A DNA stretch of 45,479 bases from Solirubrobacterales bacterium. Lineage in GTDB: Bacteria; Actinomycetota; Thermoleophilia; Solirubrobacterales; 70-9. Both the position numbers and the translations under genes were made by a program. Position 1 is the stretch's first letter. Each line of letters starts with the position of its first letter. The notes under the pieces were generated by a model. That model searched no databases and had not been told where the DNA came from. It saw only the letters and a program-made list of their open reading frames with translations. Location: NCBI GenBank assembly GCA_050697055.1, contig JBOGZE010000351.1, positions 1-45,479 of the forward strand, given 5' to 3'. Positions 36,434 to 45,227 of the stretch are shown here, in pieces.

Positions 36434-36907
36434 ATGCGAGTCACACAGGGCACGTTCTCGTTCCTCCCCGACCTCACCGACGAGGAGATCGAGGCTCAGA
36501 TTCGGTACGCGCTCAGCAACGGATGGGCGATCGGGGTCGAGTACACCGACGACCCACACCCGCGCAACTCCTACTGGGAGATGTGGAGTCACCCCCTGTT
36601 CGATCTGGGGGAGGACGAGACCGAGGAGCCGATGCGCTTGATGCGCGAGTGTCGCACCGCGAATCCCAACCACTACATCAAGGTGACCGCCTACGACTCC
36701 AACTACGGCAGGCAGACGACCGCGCTCGCCTTCATCGTCAACCGCCCCGCGGATGAGCCCGGATTCAGGCTCGATCGAACGGATGTCGGCGACCGCCAGA
36801 TGGTCTACCGGCTCCAGCCCTACGCGACGCTCCGCGAGCCCGTCGGCCGCCGCTACGGCAACTCACCCGACGCGACCGGCGCAGCCAAGGACGGCGCCGG
36901 GTCCTGA
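36434..36907 (+). CDS. cbbS: RuBisCO small subunit (red-type, with C-terminal extension)
   Basis: [44 protein letters not shown] ... [26 protein letters not shown]. Confidence 0.93.
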   Translation: MRVTQGTFSFLPDLTDEEIEAQIRYALSNGWAIGVEYTDDPHPRNSYWEMWSHPLFDLGEDETEEPMRLMRECRTANPNHYIKVTAYDSNYGRQTTALAFIVNRPADEPGFRLDRTDVGDRQMVYRLQPYATLREPVGRRYGNSPDATGAAKDGAGS

Positions 36908-36936
36908 GGACCCGACCTTCAACGAGGAAAACAGCG

Positions 36937-38046
36937 ATGGCCGACCAGGCATTCACCATGAATCGAAAGAGGCCCGGCGACTCCCGCGCGGCCACCCGGC
37001 CGCCCGAGGAGCCAAAGCCGACGGCCGAGATCGACCGCATCATGGCCGACGCCGCCGACTCCGAGGCGAGCGTGCAGACGATCTTGCGCGAGACCCACGT
37101 CAACCAGGTGCTCGAAGACCTGGATGCGGAGCTGGTCGCGCTCGAGCCGGTGAAGCGGCGCATCAACGAGATCGCCGCATTGTTGGTGATCGACCGGCTG
37201 CGCCAGGAGCACCGCCTGAGCTCGGAGCGTCCGACCCTCCACATGTCCTTCACGGGCAACCCCGGCACCGGCAAGACAACGGTCGCGCTGCGGATGGCCG
37301 AGATCCTGAATCGCCTCGGCTATCTCGAGAAAGGGCACGTCGTCTCGGTCACCCGTGACGAGCTCGTCGGGCAATACGTCGGCCACACCGCTCCGAAGAC
37401 CAAGGAGGTGATCAAGAGGGCCTACGGTGGAGTCCTCTTCATCGACGAGGCCTACTACCTGCATCGCCCGGAGAACGAACGCGACTACGGCGCGGAGGCG
37501 ATCGAGATCCTGCTCCAGGTGATGGAGGCGGACCGCGACAAGCTGGTGGTGATCCTGGCGGGTTACAAGGATCGGATGGACCAGTTCTTCGAGTCCAACC
37601 CCGGGATGGGCTCGCGGGTGGCCCACCACGTCGACTTCCCCGACTACGACGTGGGCGAGCTGATGGAGATCGCCGACCTGATGCTGGATCGCGCCTCCTA
37701 TCGACTCTCGCCAGATGCCGAGAAGGCACTTCGCGAGTACACCGAGCGACGGATCGAGCAGCCCCGGTTCGCCAACGGCCGCAGCATCCGCAACGCGATC
37801 GACCGCGCGCGGCTACGCCAGGCGAGCCGGTTGTTCGAGAGCGACGGTCAGCTGAGCAAGGATCAGCTGGTCACGATCGAGGCCGAGGACATCTACGCGA
37901 GCAGCGTCTTCGAGTCAAAGCATAAGGATAGCTCGATGAATAGCCCAGGAAGTTTTGCTTGCAATCCATCCATGTCACGGCTAGATTCGCCTGCCTTCCC
38001 GCGGGATGCGGGAGGCGCCGAGGCGACCGGCGAGAGTGCGAGCTAG
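36937..38046 (+). CDS. cbbX: CbbX-type AAA+ RuBisCO activase
   Basis: [60 protein letters not shown]. About 40 aa extra at the C-terminus. Confidence 0.9.
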   Translation: MADQAFTMNRKRPGDSRAATRPPEEPKPTAEIDRIMADAADSEASVQTILRETHVNQVLEDLDAELVALEPVKRRINEIAALLVIDRLRQEHRLSSERPTLHMSFTGNPGTGKTTVALRMAEILNRLGYLEKGHVVSVTRDELVGQYVGHTAPKTKEVIKRAYGGVLFIDEAYYLHRPENERDYGAEAIEILLQVMEADRDKLVVILAGYKDRMDQFFESNPGMGSRVAHHVDFPDYDVGELMEIADLMLDRASYRLSPDAEKALREYTERRIEQPRFANGRSIRNAIDRARLRQASRLFESDGQLSKDQLVTIEAEDIYASSVFESKHKDSSMNSPGSFACNPSMSRLDSPAFPRDAGGAEATGESAS

Positions 38047-38056
38047 GAGACGCGCA

Positions 38057-39091
38057 ATGCCACGACCAATCATCCTCGGAGTGGTCGGCGATTCGGCGGC
38101 CGGAAAGACGACCCTAACTCGCGGCCTCGTGCGCGCCTTCGGCAAGGACAAGGTGGCTCACGTCTGCACCGACGACTACCACCGATACGACCGCGAGCAA
38201 CGGGCCGAGATGAACATCACGCCGCTGAACCCTGCGTGCAACCACGTCGACATCATGGGCCAGGACCTCCGGCACCTCCGCGCCGGCGAGGCCATCCTGA
38301 AGCCCGTCTACAGCCATTCGGACGGCACCTTCCGCGCGCCGGTCTACGTCAGGCCTCACGCGTTCAGCGTGGTCGAGGGGCTGCTCGGTTACCACACGCC
38401 GGAAATGCGCGCGTGCTACGACGTTCGCGTCTATCTGAAGCCCCCGGAGGAACTGCGGCGGCATTGGAAGGTGCAGCGCGACTGCTCGCGCCGCGGCTAC
38501 ACCACCGACCAGGTCTTGGCTGAGCTCGATCGGCGCGAGCCCGACTCCGCCGCATACATCCGTCCCCAGGAGCGCTACGCCGACATGGTGGTCTCATTCA
38601 TGCAGGGCGAGACGGACAACCCGGACCGCCTCGACGCCGAGATCCTCCTCCGTGAGGGGCTTCCCCACCCCGACCTCTCGCCGTTCATCGGCAACGGGGG
38701 GCGGGGGATCACGCTCGAGGAAGGCGATCGCGAGCGGCTGGTGCAGATTCCGGGTGACATCGACCCGAATCGCGCCGCTGAGCTCGAGGAGGCGATCTGG
38801 GACAGGCTCCACTTCGCTCCGCACCTGCGCAGCCAGCGGCTGGGCGAGTTCACGATCGGCATCGATCTGCACCGCTCCGAGTCGCTCGCGCTGGTGCAGC
38901 TGCTGATCCTGTACCACATGGCGACCGCCCGCGCGGCCGTCGCCCTCGGGGGCGAGGGCACCCGAGCGGAGGGGCCCACCGACGAGCATCCGGTGATCGA
39001 TCCCGAGCTGGACCCAGACGCCGATTCCGACCCCAACGCCGGCTCCGACCCGGACGCCGGCCCCGACCAAGTCAGCGCGGTCGAGCAGTGA
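38057..39091 (+). CDS. prk: phosphoribulokinase
   Basis: [15 protein letters not shown]-loop, DDYHRYDR, and [11 protein letters not shown] at 38057 lies after an AGGAGA RBS. Acidic low-complexity C-terminal tail. Confidence 0.9.
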   Translation: MPRPIILGVVGDSAAGKTTLTRGLVRAFGKDKVAHVCTDDYHRYDREQRAEMNITPLNPACNHVDIMGQDLRHLRAGEAILKPVYSHSDGTFRAPVYVRPHAFSVVEGLLGYHTPEMRACYDVRVYLKPPEELRRHWKVQRDCSRRGYTTDQVLAELDRREPDSAAYIRPQERYADMVVSFMQGETDNPDRLDAEILLREGLPHPDLSPFIGNGGRGITLEEGDRERLVQIPGDIDPNRAAELEEAIWDRLHFAPHLRSQRLGEFTIGIDLHRSESLALVQLLILYHMATARAAVALGGEGTRAEGPTDEHPVIDPELDPDADSDPNAGSDPDAGPDQVSAVEQ

Positions 39092-41145
39092 ACGCCGCCG
39101 CGACCAGGATGGGGATTGAAGCGCTCCACACCGACGAGCGGGTGGATCGCGTCTGCATCAACACGATCCGGACCCTGACGATGGACGCCGTCGAGAAGGC
39201 GAACTCGGGCCATCCCGGGATGCCGCTGGCGATGGCGCCCGTCGCGCATCTGCTCTACGCGCGCTACCTCAGGCACAACGCCGACGACCCGGGCTGGCCG
39301 GACCGCGACCGCTTCATCCTCTCGGCCGGGCATGGGTCGATGCTCCTCTACAGCGTGCTGCACCTGAGCGGCTACGGCCTCTCGCTGGAGGAGATCAAGC
39401 GCTTCCGCCAGTGGGACTCTCTCACACCGGGCCACCCCGAGCGCGTGCTCGGCGGCCACGCGACACCGGGAGTCGAGACGACTACGGGGCCGCTCGGCCA
39501 GGGGTTCGCGAACGGGGTCGGGATGGCGATCGCCGAGCGCTTCCTGCGGGATCGCTACGGGGCCGACCTCATGGACCACCGGGTGTTCGCGATCTGCTCG
39601 GACGGCGACATGATGGAGGGCGTCGCGTCGGAGGCCGCTTCGCTCGCCGGGCATCTGGGCCTTGGGCGCATCGTCTACCTCTACGACGACAACCACATCT
39701 CGATCGACGGCGGCACCGCCCTCAGCTTCGACACCGAGGACGTGGGTGCGCGCTTCCGCGCATACGGGTGGCACGTGGAAGAGGTCGATGACGCCAACGA
39801 CCAGGCGGCTTTGTCGATCGCGATCGAAGCGGGGATCGCCGACGAAGACCGCCCGTCCCTGATCCGGGTGCGCTCGATCATCGGCTGGCCGGCGCCGAAC
39901 GCCCAGAACACCGCGGCGGCGCACGGAGCCGCTCTGGGTGAGGACGAGGTGCGCGCCACGAAGGAGGCGCTCGGCTGGGACCCGGACCTGGAGTTCGAGG
40001 TGCCGGCGGAGGCTTACGAGGCATTCCATCCCGCGGCCGCCCGCGGCCAGTCCCTTCAGCGTCAATGGGAGGAGCGCCTGGCGAGCCGGCGCAAGAGCGA
40101 TCCCGAGTTGATGGCCGAGTGGGACCGCGCTTGGGAGGGCAAGCCCGCCGACGGCCTCGCCGACGCGCTGCCCTCGTTCGACCCCGCGGAGAAGGACGCC
40201 CTCGCCACCCGCACGGCGGGCAACGCCACGATGCAGGCGTTCGCGCCCTATTTCCCGACGATGCTCGGAGGGGCTGCGGATCTCGCCGAGTCGACCAAGA
40301 CCGAGTTCAAGGACGCGGAAGGCTTCAGCCGCAAGCGCGCGGGCCGGAACCTGCATTTCGGTGTGCGCGAGCACGCCATGGGGGCTGTCGTCAACGGCAT
40401 GGCCCTCCATGGCGGGATCGTGAAGCCATACGGCTCGACCTTCCTGATCTTCTCCGACTACATGCGCCCCGCGATCCGGCTCTCGGCGCTGATGCGGTTG
40501 CCGGTCGTGTGGGTCTTCTCGCACGACTCGGTCGGCCTCGGCGAGGACGGTCCGACCCACCAGCCGGTGGAGCACTATGCGGCGCTCCGGGCGATCCCCG
40601 GCCTCACGGTCATTCGCCCCGCAGACGCCGGCGAAACCGCCGAGGCGTGGCGGGTCGCGCTCGAGGAGTGCGACGGTCCCGCGTGCCTCCTACTGACGCG
40701 GCAGGGCGTGCCGGTGCTCGACCGCACGCGTCTGGCTGCGGCGGACGGGCTCGCTCGAGGCGCCTACGTGCTCTCGGAACCCACCGAGGGGCGGACCGAC
40801 GCGGTGATAGTCGCCACCGGTTCCGAGGTGGCGCTGGCGCTCGAGGCGCAGGAAGAGCTGCGCGAGCACGGGATCGCGGCGCGCGTGGTGTCGATGCCCT
40901 CGTGGGAGCTGCTGGACATGCAACCGGACGAGTACGTCGAGTCGCTCTTCCCGCCCGAGGTGCCGGTTGTCGCCGTGGAAGCGGGGATCGGGTTCGGGTG
41001 GGAGCGCTTTGCTGATCTCACTGTGTCGGTCGAGCGCTTCGGCGCATCTGCCCCCGGTGCGGAAGTACTGCGCCAGTTAGGGATTACCGCCGAGGCGGTG
41101 ACGGCAGCGGTCCGCGAGCTTGCCGAGCCGCCGATCGCGGCCTAG
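39088..41145 (+). CDS. tkt: transketolase
   Basis: [28 protein letters not shown], and [12 protein letters not shown]. The GTG start overlaps the prk stop (GTGA). Confidence 0.95.
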   Translation: MNAAATRMGIEALHTDERVDRVCINTIRTLTMDAVEKANSGHPGMPLAMAPVAHLLYARYLRHNADDPGWPDRDRFILSAGHGSMLLYSVLHLSGYGLSLEEIKRFRQWDSLTPGHPERVLGGHATPGVETTTGPLGQGFANGVGMAIAERFLRDRYGADLMDHRVFAICSDGDMMEGVASEAASLAGHLGLGRIVYLYDDNHISIDGGTALSFDTEDVGARFRAYGWHVEEVDDANDQAALSIAIEAGIADEDRPSLIRVRSIIGWPAPNAQNTAAAHGAALGEDEVRATKEALGWDPDLEFEVPAEAYEAFHPAAARGQSLQRQWEERLASRRKSDPELMAEWDRAWEGKPADGLADALPSFDPAEKDALATRTAGNATMQAFAPYFPTMLGGAADLAESTKTEFKDAEGFSRKRAGRNLHFGVREHAMGAVVNGMALHGGIVKPYGSTFLIFSDYMRPAIRLSALMRLPVVWVFSHDSVGLGEDGPTHQPVEHYAALRAIPGLTVIRPADAGETAEAWRVALEECDGPACLLLTRQGVPVLDRTRLAAADGLARGAYVLSEPTEGRTDAVIVATGSEVALALEAQEELREHGIAARVVSMPSWELLDMQPDEYVESLFPPEVPVVAVEAGIGFGWERFADLTVSVERFGASAPGAEVLRQLGITAEAVTAAVRELAEPPIAA

Positions 41146-41150
41146 CCCGC

Positions 41151-41831
41151 GTGCCAGGCAAGGGGCGGACTCCGATTCAGGACCGACGCTCCGGTGGCGA
41201 GCGCGACGGAGGCCGACTGCGTGGCCCGACGAGCCTTCGCTCACGACTCGCCGAGGTCTTCCTTGTCACGGCGCAGGCGGCGGCGGCAGGCCGCGGCGTG
41301 CTCACATCGAGCGAGCTTGCGCGGCACGCCGGCCACAGCGAGGCACAGGTTCGCCGCGACCTCCAGGCCGTAGGAGCAACAGGCAAACGGGGAGTTGGCT
41401 ATGAGGTCGACCGCCTCCTCGCGCAACTGGAGAGCCGCCAGGGACCGAGCGGCCGGGTCGCGCTCGTTGGCGGGAACGGATTCGGGACAGCGCTGCTCGA
41501 GTCTCCACTACTGAAGACACTCGGCATCGAGGTGGCCGCTGTCTTCCAGCGGGATCCGCCGACGGGCCGGTCCGGGATCGAGCGGGAGATCCTGCCGCTG
41601 TCTCGCCTGGGCGACGAGGTTTCGGCCCGCAAGATCGAGGCCGCGGTGCTCGCCACTCCGGCGGGCGAGATTCAGGAGGCCTACGACGCCGTCTGCGCCG
41701 CGGGCGTGCGGCTTGTCGTGAGCTTCGCGGGCCAGCTACTCGAGAAGAGGGACGGCGTCGCGGTCTATTACGCTCAGGCGGCGGACCGCCTGCTTCGCGC
41801 TATTGCGCTTTCGTCCGCCCCGCCGGCTTAG
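41151..41831 (+). CDS. rex: Rex-like redox-sensing (NAD(H)-binding) transcriptional regulator
   Basis: Winged-helix block SSELARHAGHSEAQVRRDLQAVGATGKRGVGYEVDRLL, and Rossmann block VALVGGNGFGTALL ... VAAVFQRDP ... AVLATPAGEIQEAYDAVCAAGVRLVVSFA. Starts 6 nt after the tkt stop. Confidence 0.65.
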   Translation: MPGKGRTPIQDRRSGGERDGGRLRGPTSLRSRLAEVFLVTAQAAAAGRGVLTSSELARHAGHSEAQVRRDLQAVGATGKRGVGYEVDRLLAQLESRQGPSGRVALVGGNGFGTALLESPLLKTLGIEVAAVFQRDPPTGRSGIEREILPLSRLGDEVSARKIEAAVLATPAGEIQEAYDAVCAAGVRLVVSFAGQLLEKRDGVAVYYAQAADRLLRAIALSSAPPA

Positions 41832-42789
41832 ATGCCCTGCGGCCGCCGCGGGACCGCTCACGGCCGGCTCCATCCGTAAACCAGAATTGCTCGACGAGCC
41901 GCTTCGCCGCCTTGCTCGTGACGAAATCAAGGAAGTCCTGAACGGGCTCGCGCAGCAGACCCTTCGAGGGCCAGAGGGCGAACCACTGGCGCCGAGGCAG
42001 GGGCTCGCGAACGGAGACCGCAGCGAGTATGCCGTGCTCGAGCTCGAGGGCAGTTGCCGCCCTTGACTGAAGCGATACCCCGAGGCCCGCCCGGACGGCC
42101 TGCTTGATCGCCCCGTTGGAGCCCATGGTCAGCATCTGCGGCCGCAGTTCGTGGCGAGCCAGGAATTCCTCCGTCATCGTGCGCGTGCCCGACCCCTGCT
42201 CCCGCAGGAGCCACGGGCGCTCACCGAGCTCGTGGACCGGCACGGCGCGACGACGTGCAAGCGGGTCGTCGGGCGCCGTGATCAACATGATCGGGTTCTC
42301 CAGGAAGGCCTTCCCGGAGAGCTCGCCATCCGCTGGAGGCCGGCCCCCGATCGCGACGTCGGCCTCATGGCTCGCCACCTGCCGAAACACGCGCTCGCGA
42401 TTGCCGACGTCAAGTGTCACCCTCAGCTCCGGGCGTCGTGCTGAGAACTCCTGCACCAGCGGGGGGACGATGTGCTCGGCGGCAGTGGTGACCGCCGCGA
42501 TGCGCAATTCGCGTTCCACCGCGCCGGCCGCCTCGCGAGCCGCGCGGCCTCCCTGATCGAGGAGACCGATCACATGCGCGGCGTACGGCGCGAAAGCCTT
42601 GCCCGCGTCGCTGAGCTCGACAGAGCGGCCGGCACGCTCGGTCAACTCGACGCCGAGCTCCCTGGAGAGTGCCGAGACGGCTGCGGAAACGGAAGGCTGG
42701 GTGACATAGAGCTCGGTGGCAGCCCCGGTGACGGACCCCGTTTCGACGATCGCGACGAAACTGCGCAGCTGCGTCAGCGTTATAGCCAT
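41800..42789 (-). CDS. cbbR: LysR-family transcriptional regulator (CbbR-like by position)
   Basis: MAITLTQLRSFVAIVETGSVTGAATELYVTQPSVSAAVSALSRELG is a LysR HTH. The ATG at 42789 was chosen over the track start. The gene symbol is inferred from context only. Confidence 0.75.
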   Translation of the reverse strand: MAITLTQLRSFVAIVETGSVTGAATELYVTQPSVSAAVSALSRELGVELTERAGRSVELSDAGKAFAPYAAHVIGLLDQGGRAAREAAGAVERELRIAAVTTAAEHIVPPLVQEFSARRPELRVTLDVGNRERVFRQVASHEADVAIGGRPPADGELSGKAFLENPIMLITAPDDPLARRRAVPVHELGERPWLLREQGSGTRTMTEEFLARHELRPQMLTMGSNGAIKQAVRAGLGVSLQSRAATALELEHGILAAVSVREPLPRRQWFALWPSKGLLREPVQDFLDFVTSKAAKRLVEQFWFTDGAGRERSRGGRRASKPAGRTKAQ

Positions 42790-42889
42790 TTGCCTAACTA
42801 TAAACGGATTCCTTGAGAGAAACGTCCCTGTATATGGAATAGCTTGCGGGTATAGACTGCTCGTGCCGATCGCCACGAAAGGAGCGCCT
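42790..42889. promoter_or_regulatory. AT-rich divergent intergenic region between the LysR and CBS-pair genes
   Basis: 100 bp, markedly AT-rich, and contains ATAGCT (42839-42844) and TATAG elements. Divergent promoters and LysR autoregulatory sites are expected here. Confidence 0.5.
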
Positions 42890-43297
42890 GTGCTCGTCCG
42901 CGAGGGAATGAACCCAATCGTCGTCACCGTCGGCCCCGATCACACGCTGAGGGAGGCGGCGAAGCGAATGACCAAGTACCGGGTCGGGGCGGCGGTCGTG
43001 TTCGACAACGAGCAGCCCGCCCCCGGGATCATCACCGAGCGTGACCTGCTGCGCTCCAACGGCCGGGGCGAGGACATCGACAAGGAGCTGGTCCGCGATC
43101 ACCTCGCCGACCAGCTGATCTACGCCTACGCCGACTGGCCGCTCCAGAAGGCCGCCGAGGAGATGACCCGGGGGGGCTTTCGCCACGTCATCGTCCTCGA
43201 GCAGGGAACGCCAATCGGCATCCTCTCGATGCGTGACATCGTCCGCTGCTGGTTGACCGAGGGCGCGGGCGACGTTACTCCGGCCCCCGCCGGCTGA
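42890..43297 (+). CDS. CBS-pair domain protein
   Basis: Two CBS motifs (VGAAVVFDNEQPAPGIITERDLL and FRHVIVLEQGTPIGILSMRDIV). GTG lies 5 nt after an AAAGGAG RBS. Confidence 0.75.
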   Translation: MLVREGMNPIVVTVGPDHTLREAAKRMTKYRVGAAVVFDNEQPAPGIITERDLLRSNGRGEDIDKELVRDHLADQLIYAYADWPLQKAAEEMTRGGFRHVIVLEQGTPIGILSMRDIVRCWLTEGAGDVTPAPAG

Positions 43298-43425
43298 GAG
43301 CGACCCGCACCGCAGAATCTTCTATGGGACGCCGCCAAAAGGCGATGGATCTCGGCTGCACCCCGTCCTACTCTCTTCGCATGGGTAGATCCGCACCCCG
43401 AGGGAGCGCCCCAGGTTGGCCGTCG

Positions 43426-43761
43426 ATGCCGCCGGTTGCCGCCGATCAGGTCGCCCGCTCCTTCCTCTCACGCTCGCTCTGCTGCGCGGTCGAGGTCTGC
43501 TTGCCCACGGAGGCCGGCGCCGGCGTTGTTTCATGGCGCTGGGAGCCGTCGCTGGTCGTGCTCCGCGACGGCGAGGTCGGCGAGGTGGTCGAGGCGGTCG
43601 CCGAGACGATTCGCGCGCATCCCAACCGTGACGTCAGGATCGCCGGCTACGACCCGTCGCGGCTTAGGAGAGTGGCAAGCCCGCCACCCTTCGTCTGCTT
43701 CCAGGCGGGCGCCCGAGGGCCGCAGCCGCAAGAGCCAACGACTTCGCTGGCGCCGGTCTGA
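43426..43761 (+). CDS. RuBisCO small-subunit-like (RbcS-like) protein, highly divergent; start uncertain (alternative ATG at 43381)
   Basis: MPPVAADQVARSFLSRSLCCAVEV...SWRWEP...VVEAVAETIRAHPNRDVRIAGYDPSRLRRVA..FVC aligns by eye with the window's own CbbS ([27 protein letters not shown]...YWEMW...[34 protein letters not shown]). GC3-rich. Confidence 0.45.
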   Translation: MPPVAADQVARSFLSRSLCCAVEVCLPTEAGAGVVSWRWEPSLVVLRDGEVGEVVEAVAETIRAHPNRDVRIAGYDPSRLRRVASPPPFVCFQAGARGPQPQEPTTSLAPV

Positions 43762-43777
43762 GCGTTGGATCGCGTAC

Positions 43778-43839
43778 TTGACTTTCACCCCTCGCCGCGA
43801 TCTAGTATGTGCTCTGGACATCTAGAGGTCGCTCGCTAG
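43778..43839 (+). promoter_or_regulatory. candidate promoter and CTAG-rich repeats upstream of the hydrogenase genes
   Basis: TTGACT (43778-43783) and TAGTAT (43803-43808) with a long 19-nt spacer. Three CTAG-containing elements: CTAGTATGTGC (43802), CTAGAGGTCGC (43822), CTAGTCCCGCC (43836). Confidence 0.35.
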
Positions 43840-43865
43840 TCCCGCCGCGACGAGGAGAGAGAAGG

Positions 43866-45224
43866 GTGGCAACCACGCAGGTCGGCGGTATTCCGGTAGC
43901 CGAGAAGGCGGGCGACGTCTTCGGTGGCGCTACGCCGCGCGGCATCGGGGGGCTCGGCGGTTCGGACGAGGGCCCGCTCAGCGAGGTGCATGTCTTCTGG
44001 ATCGCGGGCATGAGCTGCGACGGGTGCTCCGTGGCCGCCACCGGCGCCACCTCACCCTCGGTCGAGGAGCTTCTCGCCGGTTCGATTCCCGGGATCCCGA
44101 AGGTGGTCCTCCACCATCCGGTGCTTTCGGTGTCGGCGGGCCACGGCTTCGTCGAGCCGTTCGCGAAGGCCGTCGCCGGCACTCTCGGGGCCCCTTACGT
44201 GGTGGTGCTCGAGGGGTCAATCCCGGATGACCAGAGATTCGAGACCGAGGGCTTCTTCTCCGGCCTCGGCCTCGGCGCCGACTGGCCCGAGGGCTTCGAC
44301 CCGCCCCGCGCTGCGGACCAGCCGCTTCGGATCACCGACTGGGTCAGGTGGATGGCCCCCGGGGCGGCGGCTTGCGTCGCGATCGGAACCTGCGCCACCT
44401 GGGGCGGGGTCCCGGCGGCCGCCGGAAACATAACCGGCTCGATGAGCCTGATGGACTTCCTCGGCCGGGACTACCGCTCGGCGCTGGGCGTGCCGGTGGT
44501 CAACGTCCCCGGCTGCTCCCCGATCGGCGACAACTTCACCGAGACCGTCGCCGCCGTCCTCATGTTCCTCCAGGGCGTCGGTCCGCTGCCGGAGCTCGAC
44601 GAGCTCGGCCGCCCGGCCTGGCTCTTCGGCGAGACGGTGCACCGGCACTGCCCCCGGGCCGGCTACTACGAGGAGGGCATATTCGCGGAGCAGGAGGGCG
44701 ACGAGGAGTGCCTGGTGCACATCGGCTGCTGGGGCCCGGTCGTCCAGTGCAACATCACCGAACGCGGGGCGATCAACCACATGGGCGGCTGCATGGTCGC
44801 CGGTGGCGCCTGCATCGGCTGCACCATGCCCGGCTTCCCCGACAAGTTCTCGCCCTTCTACAAGGCGCCACCCGGTTCGGCGCTCTCGGGGGCAATGGCG
44901 AGGACCTATGGCACCCACATCCGCAGGCTGCGGCGGCTGTCGCTACGGAGTCGCAACACCGAGCCACTGTGGGACCTGACGGGCCACGTGCCGAGCGCCT
45001 TCGCCCGGGAGGCCTCGAAGCCGTCGCTGACCGCGAGGCTGGAGGGGTTCTTCTACAAGAAGCTGCAGTACTGGGACACGGTAGACCAGGCCAAGCGCAA
45101 CAAGAAGCAGCCTGTCCCGGAGAGCCTCGACGTCCTCAAGTCCGGCCCGACTGGCGGACTCGCCGGCCAGGCGCCCCCAGGTGATGGAGAAGAGGCAGGA
45201 CCCGACGAGATACAGGTGGGTTAG
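43866..45224 (+). CDS. [NiFe]-hydrogenase small subunit, no Tat signal, long C-terminal extension
   Basis: FeS ligand blocks WIAGMSCDGCS, GTCATWGG, PGCSP, HRHCPRAGYYEEGIF, CLVHIGCWGPVVQC, GGCMVAGGACIGC. GTG at 43866 follows an AGGAGAGAGAAGG RBS. No RRxF motif. Confidence 0.9.
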   Translation: MATTQVGGIPVAEKAGDVFGGATPRGIGGLGGSDEGPLSEVHVFWIAGMSCDGCSVAATGATSPSVEELLAGSIPGIPKVVLHHPVLSVSAGHGFVEPFAKAVAGTLGAPYVVVLEGSIPDDQRFETEGFFSGLGLGADWPEGFDPPRAADQPLRITDWVRWMAPGAAACVAIGTCATWGGVPAAAGNITGSMSLMDFLGRDYRSALGVPVVNVPGCSPIGDNFTETVAAVLMFLQGVGPLPELDELGRPAWLFGETVHRHCPRAGYYEEGIFAEQEGDEECLVHIGCWGPVVQCNITERGAINHMGGCMVAGGACIGCTMPGFPDKFSPFYKAPPGSALSGAMARTYGTHIRRLRRLSLRSRNTEPLWDLTGHVPSAFAREASKPSLTARLEGFFYKKLQYWDTVDQAKRNKKQPVPESLDVLKSGPTGGLAGQAPPGDGEEAGPDEIQVG

Positions 45225-45227
45225 ACC

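Noticed and set aside
43340-43410. Repeated GCACCCCG near GATC in the CBS-to-RbcS-like spacer, with a similar CACCCC at 5249-5269
   Set aside because: GC-rich 7-8-mers are expected many times by chance at this base composition. There is no dyad symmetry or phasing.
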